Shown: positions 30,368 through 41,048, counted from the stretch's first letter. The stretch is DNA of 64,000 nucleotides from Phormidesmis sp. (GCA_965248535.1 CBDFJR010000002.1:2368001-2432000), one strand, 5' to 3'. Notes: generated by a model from the letters alone, not told the origin. A program made the numbers and translations.

Positions 30368-31561
30368 TCAAGATTTGACATTCAGCAAAACTTGAACACT
30401 CAAATTTGTTAAACCTGAAACTCTCCGACTCGATGGCTCATCCAATAGCACTTTCACTTCCACGACCCGCGCATCAAACTGAGCGGCTGGATCGGTATTG
30501 AGAACATCTTGTTTGTTAATCTCCAGTCCGACTTCGACCACTTTGCCGCGCAGCACATCCGAAAACGCATTATTTTTGCTGGTGACGGTTGCCGTCTGCC
30601 CTGCTCGAATGCGGCTAACATCCAATTCGTAAACTTCGGCGACTGCGACCATTTTCTGAGTTTGCCCCAGGCTGATGATGCCTTGAGTTCCGACTAACTC
30701 TCCAGGACGAGTCTGGATTTTGAGAACTTGTCCATCTTGAGGCGATCGCACCGTTGCCAAATTCAACTCTGCCTGTGCCCTTGCTATACTCGCCTGTGCT
30801 TGTGCGACTTGCGATCGTGCCACCTTCACATCGACCGGACGCACTTCTGAAACTTGGTCGAGTGTCGCTTGCGCCTCAGCCACCTGCTTCTGTCGCGATA
30901 ACTGAATTCGGCTCAGATTCGCTCGTGCCTCGTTGAGTTGTTGCCGCACAGTATCAGCGGTCAATTGCTTCCCGTCGCGCAACGAAGCAGAAACGGCTCC
31001 ATCGGTGTAAAGCGTTTGATAGCGCCGCTCTTCAAGTTCTGCGTTGCGAAGTTCGGCTTGCAGACGGGCGATCGTGGCTTCTTGAGCAATGGTTTCAGTT
31101 TGGAGTTCAACCTGTTGGCGATCGACGACTCGCGCCTGTGCCCGAACTTCTCCTGATTTTGCACCTGCTTCTACTTGCTCCAGCCGAGCTTGAGCGACTT
31201 TTAACTGCTCTTGTGCTTCCTGAAAAGCTGCCTGCCGACGCTCATAGGTATCTAAAACTGCAACAACATCGCCTTCGCGAATTTGCTGACCGTGGCTCAC
31301 TCTGAGCGTTTCCACTCGCGCACCCTCGGAGGATATAGGCGCAAACACTTGAATGACTTCGCCCTCTGGCTCCAATCGCCCCAGAGCCGAGACTGTCTCG
31401 ATCGTGGGCGCAGTAGTGACAGCTATCGAGGGCTGAATCGGGCGGTTGAGCCAGACTCGATAAGCAGCACTCCGCCGCCGACTAGCAAGAGACAGCCAAC
31501 CCCAAGCATTGCGCTTCAAGTAGGGCGATCGCCATTTAGCGCCCCAACTAACATTGTTCAT
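30368..31561 (-). CDS. devB: Membrane fusion protein, DevB family
   Basis: VSALGRLEPEGEV, coiled coil, AEVYE, DARVVEVKV. The TM anchor appears out of frame. Confidence 0.88.
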   Translation of the reverse strand: MNNVSWGAKWRSPYLKRNAWGWLSLASRRRSAAYRVWLNRPIQPSIAVTTAPTIETVSALGRLEPEGEVIQVFAPISSEGARVETLRVSHGQQIREGDVVAVLDTYERRQAAFQEAQEQLKVAQARLEQVEAGAKSGEVRAQARVVDRQQVELQTETIAQEATIARLQAELRNAELEERRYQTLYTDGAVSASLRDGKQLTADTVRQQLNEARANLSRIQLSRQKQVAEAQATLDQVSEVRPVDVKVARSQVAQAQASIARAQAELNLATVRSPQDGQVLKIQTRPGELVGTQGIISLGQTQKMVAVAEVYELDVSRIRAGQTATVTSKNNAFSDVLRGKVVEVGLEINKQDVLNTDPAAQFDARVVEVKVLLDEPSSRRVSGLTNLSVQVLLNVKS

Positions 31562-31593
31562 ATCCGGCTCCCTTTGTGGTTAACTCCAAATGG

Positions 31594-32064
31594 TTAAATC
31601 CAACGCCGCACACTTGTCTTGTAGCGCAAGTATTCATCACCAAATTTTTGCTCTAAATAATGCTCTTCGCGATTGATCACGCCGTTTTGCACCACAATCA
31701 TCAGCGGAAGCAGAAGCAACAGCCCCCAGAGTGCATTAAAAAGCAGCGAGATACCAATGTAAAGCAGCGTCAAGGATAAGTAAATCGGGTTGCGGCTGAA
31801 ACTAAACGCTCCGTTGGAGACAATCGCTGTTGTTGGTTGAGAAGGATTAACGGCTGTCTGTGCGCGGCGCATTGCACGAAAAGCTGAGATTGCGACCAAA
31901 GCTGCGCCGACCAGTATGACTACGCTGGATGCGATCGCAATCAATCGCGGCAGCAACGGAACCGGAAAAATAGACTGAAGCAAGAGTCCGATCGTGAGTG
32001 TTCCAGCAAAAAGCGCAGGCGGAAATGCAATGACTCTGGGATTGTCCACGGTTTCTTCTGGCAT
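31594..32064 (-). CDS. Isoprenylcysteine carboxyl methyltransferase/PEMT family membrane protein
   Basis: GAFSFSRNPIYL, REEHYLEQKFGDEYLRYK..VRRWI. Confidence 0.88.
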   Translation of the reverse strand: MPEETVDNPRVIAFPPALFAGTLTIGLLLQSIFPVPLLPRLIAIASSVVILVGAALVAISAFRAMRRAQTAVNPSQPTTAIVSNGAFSFSRNPIYLSLTLLYIGISLLFNALWGLLLLLPLMIVVQNGVINREEHYLEQKFGDEYLRYKTSVRRWI

Positions 32065-32104
32065 TGTAGGTTTCCTCAAAGGTTGATCCTATTTATTCCA
32101 TTTT

Positions 32105-32128
32105 TTGTATTCAAAAACTTGAATACAA
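32105..32128. promoter_or_regulatory. Perfect inverted repeat, probable PadR operator
   Basis: TTGTATTCAA-AAAC-TTGAATACAA between divergent genes. Confidence 0.75.
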
Positions 32129-32177
32129 TAATCAAGGTATGCTCAACCTATTGAATCCGTCAAGTAGAGTTTTGGTT

Positions 32178-32759
32178 ATGGCACTCAAGCACACCATCCT
32201 GGCATTCCTATCACGTCAGCCTTTGAGCGGCTATGACGTTGCCAAAGAGTTTGCGGAAGGGTTTGGTAGTTGCTTTTGGAAAGCAAGTCAGCAGCAAGTC
32301 TATGTCGAACTAACCAAGCTAGAACAGCAGGGCAGCGTCACTTATGAGGCAATTCCTCAACCGGGACGACTCGATAAAAAAATCTATTCCATCACCGATC
32401 AAGGGCACCAAGAGTTGCTCGATTGGTTAGCAAAACCCTGCGAACCTGCCGCCATTCGTGAAGACCTAGGTGTGATGGGATTGGCGGGTCATCTTGTTCC
32501 CTCTCAGGGTGTGATCCGCGAAATTGAACGGCGGCGACAACTACACCTTGAAATGGTGCAACACGTCAAGAAATTAGATGAGCATTTTTCCCAGCATCTC
32601 GATTCGCTGGAACTGAAGGATCTCTATATGCACTTAGTCATTCGTCGTGGCATTCGGTATCAAGAAGAGTGGGTGGCTTGGTGTGACGAAGCGATTCACG
32701 CGATCGGGCAAGCTGTCAAACGTCAGGCAGTTGAGAAGGAGAGAAAAGAGCCGCCTTAA
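32178..32759 (+). CDS. PadR-family regulator
   Basis: LSGYDVAKEF, FWKASQQQVYVEL, KKIYSITDQG. Confidence 0.92.
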   Translation: MALKHTILAFLSRQPLSGYDVAKEFAEGFGSCFWKASQQQVYVELTKLEQQGSVTYEAIPQPGRLDKKIYSITDQGHQELLDWLAKPCEPAAIREDLGVMGLAGHLVPSQGVIREIERRRQLHLEMVQHVKKLDEHFSQHLDSLELKDLYMHLVIRRGIRYQEEWVAWCDEAIHAIGQAVKRQAVEKERKEPP

Positions 32760-32791
32760 ATTTCAACGTTTCGTAGTTGTGAAGCGGAGAC

Positions 32792-33220
32792 ATGAGCCAG
32801 GAAATCATACCCCTTAACAAAATAATGCTAACCACCCCAATCTATGCAGCGATTCTCGGTCTTGTGTTCGTCGCACTGAGTATCCGCACACTCTTGCTGA
32901 GAAGGCGACTAGGGGTCGCGATCGGGAATGGAGATCAGCCCACGTTAATGAGAGCCTCCCGCGTTCATGCAAACTTTGCGGAATATGTCCCGCTTTCACT
33001 CCTCTTAATCTATTTCTTAGAAATTCAGACGCAAACCAGCCTCTGGATTCACCTTCTGGGCAGCACCCTCGTGATCGGACGCATCACCCATGCAGTTGGG
33101 GTCAGCCAAGTCAAAGAGAACTTTCGCTATCGAATCATCGGCATGATGCTCACATTCACAGTGATCATCGTTTCATCCATCGGAGTGATCATTCGCTATG
33201 CCTTTCATCGTGAGGTTTAG
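32792..33220 (+). CDS. MAPEG-family membrane protein
   Basis: RVHANFAEYVP, GRITHAVG. Confidence 0.88.
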   Translation: MSQEIIPLNKIMLTTPIYAAILGLVFVALSIRTLLLRRRLGVAIGNGDQPTLMRASRVHANFAEYVPLSLLLIYFLEIQTQTSLWIHLLGSTLVIGRITHAVGVSQVKENFRYRIIGMMLTFTVIIVSSIGVIIRYAFHREV

Positions 33221-33409
33221 TGGGTCACAATAAAATTGCGAGTCTATTGAGTTCATCGCTTCAATGATGCTAAATGTCCACAGCACTTAGAAATCCTAGA
33301 AGCGGCTCGAAGCGACAATGCTCAAGAGTAGCCAATCTTCGGTTACATAGTTCACCCGATAGACCAGGCAGGTATCTCGCCCTGCATGAGCCTGCGTTAA
33401 GCTCAAGGA

Positions 33410-34290
33410 CATGATGCACCGCTTTTCTTCCCAGGTTAGCAGCTTCGAGATCCAGAGGCAATTTCCTTAATCCAGCAGATCGAGCATCCCGCGATCGCAC
33501 TCGCACCGACTTCTCAGATTATCTCGACTGCCTGCGTGCATCAAGGGCACGGCAATCCTCCCATTCTGCTGCTGCACGGATTTGACAGTTCGCTGCTTGA
33601 ATTTCGCTGTCTCCTGCCTCGGTTAGCTCGTCAAACGCAAACGTGGGCAGTCGATTTGTTCGGCTTTGGGTTCACTCAGCGAGTGAGCGGAGTGTCCATC
33701 AATCCCGCTTCGATTCGGCAACACCTGTATCAAGTGTGGCAAACCCTCATTCACCAACCTGTGGTTCTTGTCGGTGCGTCTTTGGGAGGGGCGGTGGCAA
33801 TTGACTTCGCCCTGACCTATCCAGAGTGCGTCAGTCGATTAGTGCTAATCGATAGCGTGGGCTTTTCGGGCAGTTTTGCGATCGGGCAATGGCTTTTTTC
33901 ACCCCTCGACACGATCGCCGCTGAGTGGTTGCGCTGGCGAAAATGGGCAGCGTTAGCAGCAGCAGAGGCAATGCCCACTCCTGACATTCAGATGGTGGAT
34001 GCCATTCGCTGTTCGTTGATGCATCACGAGATGCCCGGTTGGAGTGATGCCATCATTTCTTTCACCAAAAGCGGGGTTACTCCGGGTTAGAGGCGAGGAT
34101 TCACCAAATTCAGCATCCTACCCTGATTTTGTGGGGAGACTCAGATGATGTGTTGGGTACGCAGGATGCCGAGAAATTCCACAGCGCGATCGACCGTAGC
34201 CAGCTTGTTTGGCTCAAGCACTGTGGGCATAATCCTCATTTGGAGCAACCGGACGTGATGGCTGAACAGATTCTAAAATTCATTCAGTAA
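33410..34290 (+). pseudogene. Alpha/beta hydrolase with degraded 5' end and a frameshift near 34075
   Basis: LLHGFDSS and GASLGG. PTLILWGDSDD...CGHNPHLEQP continues in another frame to TAA at 34290. Confidence 0.85.
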
Positions 34291-34303
34291 CTCAGGATTT
34301 GGA

Positions 34304-34576
34304 TCAGACGCTAAACCGCAAGTCATCTAAACTTTCTTGCAGGACTTGATCCAAATGAGTATGTTGCCAAATTAACCGTTGAATCAAGCAATTGACGACG
34401 GCGGGAACTTCATCAGGTTGGATCAGCGACTGCTCAGAATCGATCGTGTTCTGTGCGATGTAAGTCACAAGCCGATCCATCTCAAGCGCTGGGCAGGAAG
34501 ATGCGTAGATGTTCAAGTGTTGAGTCACGGTTGTTCTCCTGTTTAATCGTATTGGTGTTTCTGAAGCGTTATACAT
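34304..34576 (-). CDS. Hypothetical protein
   Basis: 90-aa ORF co-oriented with its neighbours. Confidence 0.5.
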   Translation of the reverse strand: MYNASETPIRLNRRTTVTQHLNIYASSCPALEMDRLVTYIAQNTIDSEQSLIQPDEVPAVVNCLIQRLIWQHTHLDQVLQESLDDLRFSV

Positions 34577-34666
34577 TCACATCTTCATTGAGTTACGGTT
34601 GCCATAACTGTTTACGAACTGGTTGCAGTTCTATGTCTCTCTGCAATTCGTTATATCCCTTCGCGT

Positions 34667-35149
34667 CTACAGTCTGGCAGAGTTAAATTTCAAAACCGTC
34701 TGAGCTTCAACAATCCGTTGAATGCGGGGATCACTCTTCTCAACCCACCGCTCAGAAATACCAAAGTAACTGCCAAACATCACGATCGGGACATTAGCAG
34801 TTTCAACCAGCAACGGGTAAATCGAATCTTCATCCCCCGATCGCTCGTCGGGTAAAAGTTCACCCGTTAACTCTGCATATAACTCCCAATTTACCCACAG
34901 ACAGTCGATACATTGTCCATACAGCGCATCGAGCATCATCCACTGATCGAGACGCACCTGCTTACGATCTACGAGCCAAAAAATATCACCGCTCTTATCT
35001 CGCTTGAATCGGGCAGGATACAGCTTTCCAGTCACCTGATCTGCCAGCATCAGCGCGGGAAACCCCTCTGGGAATCTTTCCAGCACTGGATCAAATGGTG
35101 AGTGGTGTCCCTCAACGACCTGAATGAAAAAGCCTTCTTCCATTGCCAT
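34667..35149 (-). CDS. Hypothetical protein
   Basis: 160-aa ORF with GAGG RBS. Confidence 0.65.
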   Translation of the reverse strand: MAMEEGFFIQVVEGHHSPFDPVLERFPEGFPALMLADQVTGKLYPARFKRDKSGDIFWLVDRKQVRLDQWMMLDALYGQCIDCLWVNWELYAELTGELLPDERSGDEDSIYPLLVETANVPIVMFGSYFGISERWVEKSDPRIQRIVEAQTVLKFNSARL

Positions 35150-35162
35150 TGCAGCCTCTTGC

Positions 35163-35630
35163 TTAACTGCGCTTTAAGATTTGCTCGATCGTCGCTTTAC
35201 TAGGTTCTACAAACGCTCAAGTGCCATTCGATTGCTTCCGAAAAGTTGCGAATACCAAAAGATCTGCCGTTCCCATCACCTGCCCTTTCCGCAGCGTTCC
35301 GACCTTTGCAGTAGTCAGCCCACAAAATCGAAACAGATAACCCGGAAGCTCTGTCCCAGAAAACAGCACACACCCAGTTTGATCCCGCTTGGCTTCCCCG
35401 TTCATCGGTGCATAGGTCGGTTTCCCATTTGTCTCGATCGCCAGATCACCGAGAGCGCTCACAACGGGTTGGTTGTGAACTCGATCGCCGCGTTGAAGCT
35501 CCCATTTCTGATAAGTCTGAATCTTCATTGGCTTGGCAGCAGCGGATAACCGAGGCTTACTCAAACCACAAGCCGATAGATTGCCACCCATCAATCCTGC
35601 AAACAAACATGCCCAAAACTTGCTGTCCAT
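35163..35630 (-). pseudogene. Lipoprotein-like hypothetical with a probable premature TGA (35217-35219)
   Basis: Lipobox LSAC. Reads RKQSNGT*AFVEPSKATIEQILKRS*, consistent with TGG>TGA. Confidence 0.55.
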
Positions 35631-35650
35631 CCGGCAAAGCTCCTTGATGG

Positions 35651-36085
35651 CTAAAGTGCAGAACTGGAACACTGCTGAGTTCGCGGCACCAATCGAACTC
35701 CCACATAGTTGTTGTCTTCGTAGAGAATGACCGCCCAAATGGTCGGGTCAAACTCAAGCGGGTAGACTTCCCGTTCAGCGATCGCTCCTGCACGCACCGT
35801 CATCGGCTTCAACTTGCAGTAAGGAGCTTTCAAGACCCCTCGAACTCCCGCTTTGCTGGCTCCCTCCACGATCGTCATCAGCTTCAAAACACGTTCTCGG
35901 CTGAGCAGTGCATTCGGTGTGACCATTTCTGCACACTGAAGTTCATCAACAGGAGTGAATGCTCCAATTGAAACCAGAGCTGGATTAAATTGCCAGAGGA
36001 GCTTGATAGAGGCAGCGGCGATCGCGCCCACAACCAGTAGAGCAACTGAAATTTTCAGATATCGCTGTTTGGGTGAATGGCTCAT
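35651..36085 (-). CDS. Membrane-anchored hypothetical protein
   Basis: N-terminal TM; EREVYPLEFDP motif; coupled to the upstream ORF. Confidence 0.7.
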   Translation of the reverse strand: MSHSPKQRYLKISVALLVVGAIAAASIKLLWQFNPALVSIGAFTPVDELQCAEMVTPNALLSRERVLKLMTIVEGASKAGVRGVLKAPYCKLKPMTVRAGAIAEREVYPLEFDPTIWAVILYEDNNYVGVRLVPRTQQCSSSAL

Positions 36086-36699
36086 AGGAACAACACTGCG
36101 ACCAGCAGCCCTCCAAAAAGACAGCTTAAATTCCAGAGCAATTTCTTCTTCCGAGGGACAAAGACCACGACCATCAGAACACTGATGCCGCTAATCGCAA
36201 CCAGGATGCCTAAAAGAAGAATTGCCCACCGTTGAAAATAGAGAATCAGGGCGTAGCGAATGAGAATGCCCAGCACAAATGCCAAACACCGTGCAGCGAT
36301 CGTCAGCGTGGCATTTGACTGACTAATGTTTTTGGGTGCAACAAGATTGCGAGTCTCTTGACCTGAATCTGCAATCTCAGTCGGATCGGGGTGAGAAGCG
36401 GTCGTAGGGTGTCGATCGCTGAAATCAGAATTCGAGTTCCACGGAGTAGCTTGAGATCTATTGCGAACGCTTGGATTAGGTGCGTCTTGAGAGCGATCCG
36501 CTTGATAGAGCGCGACCAGATCGAGTGAGAGAACGTGTAACCAGGAAGATTTAATAGATCGACTTCGACGGGCAAGCGCAAGCTGACGTTCGGTTGACCG
36601 TTTTCTGGGCGTTAAGGATTGCCGTTTTGGATGAGGCATGAGATGAATCTCCAGGTGCTTGGAGACAAAGGACTGCTTTACATAGAACAAAAGTACCAT
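36082..36699 (-). CDS. Membrane protein with three C-terminal TM helices
   Basis: Hydrophobic C-terminus; start uncertain. Confidence 0.55.
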   Translation of the reverse strand: MVLLFYVKQSFVSKHLEIHLMPHPKRQSLTPRKRSTERQLALARRSRSIKSSWLHVLSLDLVALYQADRSQDAPNPSVRNRSQATPWNSNSDFSDRHPTTASHPDPTEIADSGQETRNLVAPKNISQSNATLTIAARCLAFVLGILIRYALILYFQRWAILLLGILVAISGISVLMVVVFVPRKKKLLWNLSCLFGGLLVAVLFL

Positions 36700-36812
36700 A
36701 GTTAAGATTAGAAAGTTCTATTTATTTAGAATTTCTTAATTCTAATAATTGAGACTTGATAGATGTGTTTCGGTGCTAGTGTTGGATTGTTCAACAAAAG
36801 TAATGAATTCAG

Positions 36813-37499
36813 GTGTTACAGGAGAACGATCGCAGTCAGCGACTTGCTCGATTAGTTCGACGCTTACGCGGCGATGCCAGCACGTATGTCTTTGGTTCTC
36901 AGCTTGGTGTAACGCACAGCACGATTCGGCGTTGGGAAAGCGGTCAAGGCGGTATCAACGAGGAAGGTGTGGAGAAGCTGAGTCACGGGTCTGGAATTTC
37001 AGCCGACGCGATTCGGGCTTATCTGAGAGGAAGCATCGGTCTGAGAACGTGTTTGGGACTTGAAGCGCCTACCCAATCAGAAGCCCAACTCGTTCTAGAA
37101 CAGCTGCCAACACTACCAACTCAGGAATTACTTAGGGTTTTGGAAGCGGCGATCTCACAGCTACTTCAACGCCTGCCGGACACTCGACCAGAAATTCTAC
37201 AAATTCTACAATCGGCGATCGGGCTACTCAACGTCCCTCCGTCCTCAAAGCGGTCTCGAAAATCTGAACTACCCGTATCAACGGAGGAGCGCTTTTTGCC
37301 GAGGACGGTTCAGGATGCGATCGTGGATGAAATTGAATCTCGATATGGCAGCGTGAACTCGGCGACGATCGCACGATTTTCTCAAGAGGTTGGGATTCAG
37401 CCGAGCGATCGTTTGATTGAGATTGTGCAAGGAAATAGCCCAAAGCAGGCTGAGTTAAATAAGTTGCGACTGCATCTCCACAAGTTCTATTCCGAATGA
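36813..37499 (+). CDS. XRE-family HTH regulator
   Basis: FGSQLGVTHSTIRRWESGQ. Confidence 0.75.
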   Translation: MLQENDRSQRLARLVRRLRGDASTYVFGSQLGVTHSTIRRWESGQGGINEEGVEKLSHGSGISADAIRAYLRGSIGLRTCLGLEAPTQSEAQLVLEQLPTLPTQELLRVLEAAISQLLQRLPDTRPEILQILQSAIGLLNVPPSSKRSRKSELPVSTEERFLPRTVQDAIVDEIESRYGSVNSATIARFSQEVGIQPSDRLIEIVQGNSPKQAELNKLRLHLHKFYSE

Positions 37500-37516
37500 T
37501 TCGGACAATCATCATT

Positions 37517-38977
37517 CTAGAAGTCAGTGAGTTTGAGTAGTGCTTGATGAATTTCAACCATCGCTAGGGTATCAAGTTGGCAATAGGCTTGTAGGTCTGC
37601 GATAGCTTGAGTTTTCTGGGCTTGATCTGTACAAAAAATCATCTCATCCCAGACGGTTTGGGCTTGATCACCTCGCTGAACTGAGAGGGTTTTGTAGCTT
37701 AAATCGGGAACCAAAGTCGGAAGAACCTTTTTGATCGAAGTTGAGCCTCGAAAATCAGGGTGCTTATAGTGTTTTTTGAAAACTTCTTCGAGATCCCACA
37801 GGCGATCGGCGATCGATTCCAAATGCTTTGCGTATATAGGAAAGTTCTGAGCCAGTTTTCGCAGTAGGCTGGCTTCAAAGGATTGGTGGTAAACGATAAC
37901 AGAACCTACCGGAGCAATGTCGATCGCTAAAGCGGCAAGGAGCGCAAGTCTCGGATCGGAACTGTCGATGTGAAGATATTCACGATGCTCAATGCTCCCA
38001 TCGCTGTGCAAGACGTGACAACTATATTGGAAGGGAAATTGTTCGTAGGGTTTCAAACCGTCGAATCTAGGAATTGCAGGGTTTTGTGCCTCGAAGTCGA
38101 AGAAATGAATTGGGTAGGTGAGGTCTGCGAGGCTAGCAGCGATAGCGTCTCCGTCAGCGTAAGGTTCATCGTTCAGGATGCTATCGACGTAGGTGCGTTG
38201 GTTTGTCGTGAGGGAGAAATCAGAGGGGAGATCTGCGATCGCCAAAATTCCCTGGGTGATGAGTGCCTCTTTTTTCTTCCAATCCAGTCGAGGAATCGTG
38301 AAAATAGAAACGTCTGGAACGTGCTTCCAGCAATCGGTTGTGAAGGAACAAGGATTAGGATTAGCGCAGTGTTTTCCGATCTCTAATGTTGGCTCTAGAT
38401 TCTCAGTTAAGATTGCCCTGAATTGCCGCAGGTTGTCAGGGATCTGAGGCAGGAGAAGCTCGACTTCGGCGGTGACATCTGCGATCTCAAATAGGTTCGT
38501 CAAGTTTGGAAAGAAGCAGGTTTGAGTATTGATGTGCATCAGTTTTGTTGCACCAACAGACAAACCTGCTTTAATCAGAACGTATTTTTGAATGGCAATA
38601 TCCCACTGATGCTCGTCTTTGACTTTGCTAGAAGATTTAACCTTGACCAATTCCCAGATGTCTACCGAAGTTTTTTGGAGAATGTCACATCGGACGAATA
38701 AACCGTCGAAACTGAAGGCAGCTTCAAATAGGCAAGAGGCTCCAGCAGCGATCTCATCCTGAGTGGCTTGAATTGCTTCGACTCTGTTCCCTTCTATTAA
38801 TTGTCCATCTGGAAACTGCTGACGCGCGTATCGTCCAACGTCCTCACCTTGATCAATGATGCGCTGCTGGGCCGGAGTGACGGCAGTTGCTCGATGTGGC
38901 TCATTCACTGTCAGCCAAAGTTGCTTGTGGCATTGTAGACCACTCATGAAGTTGGATTTTGTTAGGGGGGCAGCCAT
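37517..38977 (-). CDS. DUF2779-type protein (PD-(D/E)XK-like N-terminus, exonuclease-like C-terminus)
   Basis: LTKSNFMSGLQCHKQLWL, RCDIL..VKSS, FFDFE, PFQYSCH, SIKKVLP, YCQLDT. Confidence 0.8.
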   Translation of the reverse strand: MAAPLTKSNFMSGLQCHKQLWLTVNEPHRATAVTPAQQRIIDQGEDVGRYARQQFPDGQLIEGNRVEAIQATQDEIAAGASCLFEAAFSFDGLFVRCDILQKTSVDIWELVKVKSSSKVKDEHQWDIAIQKYVLIKAGLSVGATKLMHINTQTCFFPNLTNLFEIADVTAEVELLLPQIPDNLRQFRAILTENLEPTLEIGKHCANPNPCSFTTDCWKHVPDVSIFTIPRLDWKKKEALITQGILAIADLPSDFSLTTNQRTYVDSILNDEPYADGDAIAASLADLTYPIHFFDFEAQNPAIPRFDGLKPYEQFPFQYSCHVLHSDGSIEHREYLHIDSSDPRLALLAALAIDIAPVGSVIVYHQSFEASLLRKLAQNFPIYAKHLESIADRLWDLEEVFKKHYKHPDFRGSTSIKKVLPTLVPDLSYKTLSVQRGDQAQTVWDEMIFCTDQAQKTQAIADLQAYCQLDTLAMVEIHQALLKLTDF

Positions 38978-39046
38978 GCTCTATGTTGAGAAAATTCTAA
39001 ACTGTCTACAGAATGAGGATGCCCGATTCAGGAGGCTTGCGATTGA

Positions 39047-39622
39047 ATGCACGAAAAATTATTGGGAAAGTCCCTCACTTTGCAGGAATTTTGCACTTGC
39101 ACCCAGACTTACCGCAAGTATGCAGATCTCATTGACCCTTATCCGCAAAATCTGGAAGAGACGATTCCAGCGTTGGAGGCTCTGTGTCTGCATCTCCTTG
39201 ATCCAATCATTGCTCACTTCGGGAGAGAGCGATTTCAGCTTACGTATGGCTTTTGCTCAAAGGATTTGAAGCGGTTTCTGAGCCAGAAAGACCCGGAGAC
39301 CAGAATGAAGAATGGTCGGGTTGATCCCAGTCGAGATCAGCACATGGTGCATGAGGTAAATCGGAGTGGCAAGTATTACTGCGATCGCTTAGGGGCTGCC
39401 TGTGATTTTCGGATTCTAGGGGTGGAGAGCGATCTCTTAGTGGACTGGATTTTGGAGCAGCGATCGCCGTTTGATTCACTGTATTTTTATGGCAGCGATC
39501 GACCGATTCACATCAGCTATGGGGCACAGCACAAGCGAGAAGTTTGGACGTTTACAGAAAAGGGAGTTCCAACGCGGCAAGGGATTGAGCGTTGGGTTGA
39601 GTTGACGAAAGAGCAGGTTTAG
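39047..39622 (+). CDS. Peptidase M15-like protein
   Basis: LTYGF, DQH, GAACDF, PIHISY (H-D-H metal ligands). Confidence 0.6.
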   Translation: MHEKLLGKSLTLQEFCTCTQTYRKYADLIDPYPQNLEETIPALEALCLHLLDPIIAHFGRERFQLTYGFCSKDLKRFLSQKDPETRMKNGRVDPSRDQHMVHEVNRSGKYYCDRLGAACDFRILGVESDLLVDWILEQRSPFDSLYFYGSDRPIHISYGAQHKREVWTFTEKGVPTRQGIERWVELTKEQV

Positions 39623-39691
39623 ATGGAGCGATCGCTCAAGTAGCCGGGTCTGCATTAAAGGGCATAACCGATGGATAAAGCTCGCAAACTA

Positions 39692-39850
39692 TTAGAAGTT
39701 CCGATTCCGCAATTCTTGAAACACTTGATCAGCAGGAATTGAGTTGATTTTATTTTGTTGCACGTCTTGAATGCGCTGCTCAGCAGCATCTGCCCAAGCA
39801 GTAGCGAAGCGATCTCAGCTTGATCTAAAGAGAGCGATTGAAGTGAATCC
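39692..39850 (-). pseudogene. Addiction-module antitoxin remnant
   Basis: AWADAAEQRIQDVQQNKINSIPADQVFQELRNRNF*; no start codon. Confidence 0.55.
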
Positions 39851-39869
39851 TTGCTACCTCCGAGGATCG

Positions 39870-41045
39870 CTAACTGTTGAAAAGCGCACTTATAAACTCT
39901 TGCCCATTTCTCTGCAAATCGCCCTGTAGTGCAAACGCGATTGCCTGAACTCGAATGTCTCCCATTTTATAAACTGCATTTCTGCCAAAATCTTGTGGAT
40001 ATACTAAAACTGCTTTGCTCACCTCTTTGGTCACAGCATAAGTAGTGATTTGATATAAGTCAGAATCACTAATTTTCCGTTTATACTTAGTATCCAGGAC
40101 ACAATATACTGAACCACTTCTTGTGTCGTATATTACTAAATCAATTTTGAGAAAGCGATTTTCCCTAGGCTCAATCAAAATTCTTTCTTGCTTCCTTAAA
40201 GCATAGCCTGCGGGCAAGTTCTGAGCCAACCACTCGGCGACAAATACTTCAAAAAGCTGAGCCATGTTTACTAGAAAAGCAAGCATGGTGTAATCTCCTA
40301 AATAATGACTAGCTCCGGTGCTTTCTACGAAAAATCTGCATAGTGCGTGTAATGGATGATAATCTTCATTCAGGCGGTTGTAACTTCTGTTCGTGCAGTC
40401 ATATGAGCTATATGGATATATTGTGGCTATACCTCGTAGCGCCTGATATGATTGGCGAATTAGCGGCAAGCTGTGAGAACACAAACCGCTATTGACAATT
40501 AGGAACAGCGCCCAAGCTAAAATTTGGTTCTCTGGAACATCACCAGTAAGCTCTTGATAGCAGCATTTTAAGTTTACTTCCCACGGATTGTAGATTGCGT
40601 GTTTGATATCTATGCGCCCTCGAACACGAGGAAGGCGTTCGGCTGCTGAAACATACGTTTGATAAAATCCTTTTTGTGCTTTTCTTAGTACTTTCGATGC
40701 TAAAAGTTCAGCTAGGCGCTCATAAAAGCCTTCAATAGTAGCGCAATTAACTAAATTGTCTTGAAAGCTAATATTCAAGCCATAGGCGTACTCTAACATC
40801 TGAAATAAATTGCTAATCTCGACCTTCGGAATTAACCTCAATGTGATTTGTGAATTTAGAGGAATGAAGCCGACCCAACCCCTAGAAATTAACCTCCACT
40901 GATGGTCTGTTCCAGCAGAAGGAAACTCCACAGAAATCTTATTTCCATACCGACTTCTAAGAAATTTTCCAATGTGAAGAGGTAGCAATTCCTGGGACAG
41001 TTGAAGCGGAGCATATTCGTCTAGCTCAATTATTCGTTTGTTCAT
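39870..41045 (-). CDS. mcrC: McrC-family endonuclease subunit
   Basis: WVGFI..LIPK, ENQIL, RLNEDY, FLVNMAQLFEVFV, IDLVI..VLDTKYK, DLYQITTY. Confidence 0.9.
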   Translation of the reverse strand: MNKRIIELDEYAPLQLSQELLPLHIGKFLRSRYGNKISVEFPSAGTDHQWRLISRGWVGFIPLNSQITLRLIPKVEISNLFQMLEYAYGLNISFQDNLVNCATIEGFYERLAELLASKVLRKAQKGFYQTYVSAAERLPRVRGRIDIKHAIYNPWEVNLKCCYQELTGDVPENQILAWALFLIVNSGLCSHSLPLIRQSYQALRGIATIYPYSSYDCTNRSYNRLNEDYHPLHALCRFFVESTGASHYLGDYTMLAFLVNMAQLFEVFVAEWLAQNLPAGYALRKQERILIEPRENRFLKIDLVIYDTRSGSVYCVLDTKYKRKISDSDLYQITTYAVTKEVSKAVLVYPQDFGRNAVYKMGDIRVQAIAFALQGDLQRNGQEFISALFNS

Positions 41046-41048
41046 GTC

